49,152 nt of DNA, taken from NCBI RefSeq assembly GCF_018977255.1, contig NW_024705390.1, forward strand, positions 1 to 49,152. Direction: 5' to 3'. The notes beneath the pieces were generated by a model. That model was not told the DNA's origin, did no database searches, and saw only the letters and a program-made list of their open reading frames with translations. Below, one piece after another: positions 45,519-49,152 of the stretch (the stretch's first letter is position 1; each line of letters opens with the position of its first letter). Both the position numbers and the translations under genes were made by a program. This DNA comes from Callorhinchus milii (Eukaryota).

Positions 45519-48434
45519 CTTTTCGCTCTCGTTTTCTTTTCCAGAAGAGAATCCCCACAATCCCAGACACCAGCAAAGCCCCGATGATGAGGCCCAGGAT
45601 CCAGGAAGTGGAACCGGCCGGAGTTCTCCCTGTTTTCCCATCTGTTCGGAGTGAACAACAACCAAACTTTCATTAAGGTCCTGAGAGCGAGAGAGGAGCG
45701 GAGTCTGAGAGAGGGAGAGGGTCAGAGGGCGAGAAGAGAGAAACGAGAGAGAGAGAGATCTGCAGAGTATTGGAGGACGGGAAGAGAGAGAGGTGAGGAG
45801 TATGAGAGAATATTGGAGAATGGGATGAGAAGGGCGGATGGGCGGCTGTTTAGAGAAGACAGAGAGTTCTCCCGGAGACAGACGGACACCTCATGTTATT
45901 CCCGGTTTCCCGCTGTGACCTTATGTGTGTGGATGACCTATGTATGTGGTTGACACCCAATCCTCCTCCAGCTGTGACTCCAGATCCCTGATGTCCTGTC
46001 AGTTTGTTTGTCAGACATCAAGGACTGGTTGAGAGTAAACTTCCCGTAACACTTACTGAAAGGTCCCCTCCCCCTCCCCGTGTCAGCCCCACCACTGTTA
46101 AGTGCTCGAGACGCTGCCCCGTGTGAGGTTGCTGTGTAAACCCGAGTTGTTGTTGTTGATCTTACCCCACGGCACCTCCAACACCCCCTGGAGGCTGCTG
46201 TGCTCCACCAGACAGGAGAAGCCCTGATCCCCCGCGGAGCCCGTCTCCAGCTCCATCTGCTTCACTGTCTGAAAGGTGTGGTCGTGGTTGGGTAATACAC
46301 CGCTGGACTCCACCTCGTGGACAGTGTTGCCGTCCCTTGTCCAGGTCACCTCGATGGGCCGCGGATAGAAGCCAGTAACAAGACAGGAGAGAAGGGCTCT
46401 CCCCCCCACGTCCCTCCTGTAACTGACTGAGACGTCAGGGCGGCCTGGGGAGGGGAGCACAGTCACACACAGCTCAGCACTGAGCCCACCCTGACACAGC
46501 GAGGCTTAACCATATAATAAGGCCATATTAGTAACAACACACACTCACTCTGTCGCTGGAAGGTGGACTTTGAATACTGATAGTATTCCTCCATCCAAGT
46601 AGGACAGTCATTCTCCAGGACCTGTTTGCAATACTGATTGATGTCTGTGTCATTGTCCAGTTTCCGTCTCAGGGTCTGAGCCTCGGGAACAGCAGAAATC
46701 CATCTCAGGTCGTTTTTGTCAAAGCTGAGAAAATCTTCACCATCAAACGCCATTGTGAAGTGTTCGTATGTAGTGCCGTCCTCCCTCACCTCACAGCCAG
46801 TTATCGCCTGGGCATAGTGAGCCCCTGAAATAGCCATTGACAGCCATTGTGATCAGCGCAGAGTGTGTCTGTCCATCACCGACCGTCTCACACACTCACA
46901 CACATAATGACAGGGACACTCACACACACTCACTCTCCCTCACAGATGTAGTCAACACACACACACACACACAGTGAACAGTGCTGGATGTTCACAGGGA
47001 GTATTGAGCCACTCACCGCTCATAATATTCCTGCTCTTCATCATATACAACATTTTCTCCTTCAACGTCACATAATGTCTCTTCACCCCCTCTACATGTA
47101 CAAGGAAGTGCTGTTCTCTAACAGCCGTCTGTACACCGGGAATCCGACTGACAATTCTCTCACTGTTGCTGTCGTAGTGATAGATCTCAACATCCTCCAA
47201 CATCGCAGCACGACTGTACTCTGGAAGTTCTCCGTCCGCTGACACCAGTGTGTGTAACAATCTCAACACCTGAGGCTCTGTCAGACACAAACACACACAC
47301 TGATTGTACGTGTGTAACAGGTCACTGAGTACATACTGTTCACACACTTCACACACACTTGTCACATACAGCACACGCTCGCAACTGTCAAATGCCCACA
47401 CAGCTCACAGTGTACACACAGGGCACAGTGTACACACAGGGCACAGTGTACACACAGCTCACAGTGTACACACAGCTCACAGTGTACACACAGCTCACAG
47501 TGTACACACAGGGCACAGTCTACACACAGGACACAAGTGTACACACAGGGCACAGCTCACAGCGTACACACGTACACACAGCTCACAGCTCCCTGCAGCC
47601 CTGCGATGACTGTGAGCTCAGTCACGCTGTGGGGGGAGGGGGGGGGGTAGGAGGAGAGGGGTTCGCACCCCACAGCCCCTGTAGCTCAGGGGTTAGACCC
47701 CTCGCACCCCACAGCCCCTGTAGCTCAGGGGTTACACCCCTCCCCTCACCCCCACAGCCCCTGTAGCTCAGGGGTTAGACCCCTCCCCTCACCCCCACAG
47801 CCCCTGTAGCTCAGGGGTTAGACCCCTCACCCCACACCCCACAGCCCCTGTAGCTCAGCGGTTAGACCCCTCCCCTCACAAGGCAGAGGATGTGGGTTGG
47901 ATTCCCGAGTGGGACAGGACAGGGGGAAACCTTAGGCAGTTTCCTTACCCACCCCCACCCACACCCCACACCCCACCCCAGCCCCACCCCCCCACCCACA
48001 CACCCCCCCCCCCACACCCCCACCCCCCCCCCCACCCACCCCCAAGCCCACCCCCCCCCCCGCCACCCACCCCCACCCCCCACCCCCCCCCACCCACCCC
48101 CACCCCACCCACTCACGAACAGCAGTCAGTGGGAACCTGCAGCTCATCAAATGGTCGATCGCTTTTCCGGTGATGATCCCTTCGACCAAAATAGATTTTG
48201 ACCGAAAGATTCCGGTGGCTTCAGCCGCGGCTGTTTTCCCACAACACGTACGTACGGTCACTGCGCTGTCCTGCGAAGGGCTTTGCGACGTCTCAGGAGA
48301 CGTGAGAAGGCGCCGCGTCAAACGCGAGGATTATTATTAATATCACTATTATTGTGACAGTCCGACGGCCACTTACTTTGGAGCCCAAAGCACAAGGGCA
48401 GGAGGGCAGCGACAGCCGTCAGGAACAGCTTCAT
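45519..48434 (-). CDS. MHC class I-like heavy chain, copy E, lacking cytoplasmic exons. Exons: leader 48377-48434, alpha1 47017-47277, alpha2 46549-46824, alpha3 46166-46444, TM 45519-45641
   Basis: Open exons with canonical sites and the same leader as A. Homology to the other copies stops at 44574, about 43 nt before the cyt1 acceptor. Confidence 0.88.
47665..48340 (+). mobile_element. tRNA-derived SINE with five A-box units in intron 1 of copy E
   Basis: Paralogue of 8940-9420 with five units of ccctgtagctcaggggttaga. Confidence 0.8.
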
Positions 48435-48552
48435 GGTCCTGTTGGCTGTCACTGCAATGTGCCCAACACTGGACCTCACACTGAGAGCCTCTCAGCTCTG
48501 GTCTCAGACACTGACTTAGTCTCTGACTGATCTCACACTGACTCACTCACCG

Positions 48553-48618
48553 CCAATGGGAGGATCTCGGGAGCCGCTCGTAACGGGTCTCCGGGAAAAG
48601 GCTCTGAAACAGGTTGTG
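48553..48618 (-). promoter_or_regulatory. S-X-Y class I promoter module, copy E
   Basis: Reverse complement of the module of copy C. Confidence 0.75.
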
Positions 48619-49152
48619 ATCTGTGGTTCCTCCCCGTGGGGGGGTGTGTGTGTGAGAGAGAGAGGGTGTGCGTGTGTGAGAGGGTGTGAGTGTGTGTGTG
48701 TGTGTGTCTGAGTGTATAAGTGTGCGATTGTGTGTGTGAGTGTGAATATGACTGTGATTGTGACTGTCAGTGTGTCTGTCTGTGACTGTCTGAGTGTTTG
48801 TGTGACTGTCTGAGTGTCTGAGTGAGTGAGTGTCTGAGTGAGTGAGTGAGTGAGTGCAGTATCTCCTAAAAAAAAACTACCCTCGATCCGACGTTCCTGA
48901 CGAAGCCCCTGGAACGCGAGTTACACCCCTCCCTCCACAAACTGCTCCACTCTCCCCTTGAGCCCCTCCACTCTCCCCTTGAGCCACTCTACTCCCCTCT
49001 CGAGCCCCTCCACTCCCCACTCGAGCCCCTCCACTCCCCACTCGAGCCCCTCCACACCCTTCTCGAGCCCCTCCATTCCCTTCTCGAGCCCCTCCACTCT
49101 CCTCGACCCTCTCCGCTCTTTCCTCGATCCCCTCCACTCTCTACGCGATCCC

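Overview
Eukaryotic (jawed-vertebrate) genomic DNA from an MHC region. It is probably a cartilaginous fish, possibly a chimaera; this is inferred from the class I sequences and the CR1/L2/tRNA-SINE repertoire and was not verified. Positions 286-2948 hold five intact internal exons of SLC44A4 (minus strand), a class III MHC gene, and no upstream SLC44A4 exon is recognisable in the remaining 46 kb. The rest is a cluster of five nonclassical MHC class I heavy-chain genes: A(-) 4407-9515, B(+) 14650-20103, C(+) 25597-32531, D(+) 35547-43365 and E(-) 45519-48434. They sit in duplicated units rich in VNTRs and LINE/SINE fragments. The alpha3 exons are essentially identical. The alpha1/alpha2 exons differ almost only by amino-acid-changing substitutions at groove-lining positions and lack most peptide-anchoring residues. 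Each copy has a different C-terminal fate: a normal TM running into SLC44A4 (A), a lost TM donor with a read-through tail (B), a truncated TM resembling a GPI signal (C), Glu in the TM plus a different terminal exon (D), and deleted tail exons (E). Copy B's promoter plus leader (349 bp) is precisely inverted and now faces copy A. An S-X-Y class I promoter module is conserved upstream of each leader. Caveats: there is a 25-N gap at 13245-13269 and a single N at 43771, and near-identical segments mean misassembly or allelic duplication cannot be excluded. All alignments and counts were done by eye; HLA numbering and HLA promoter sequence are from memory.
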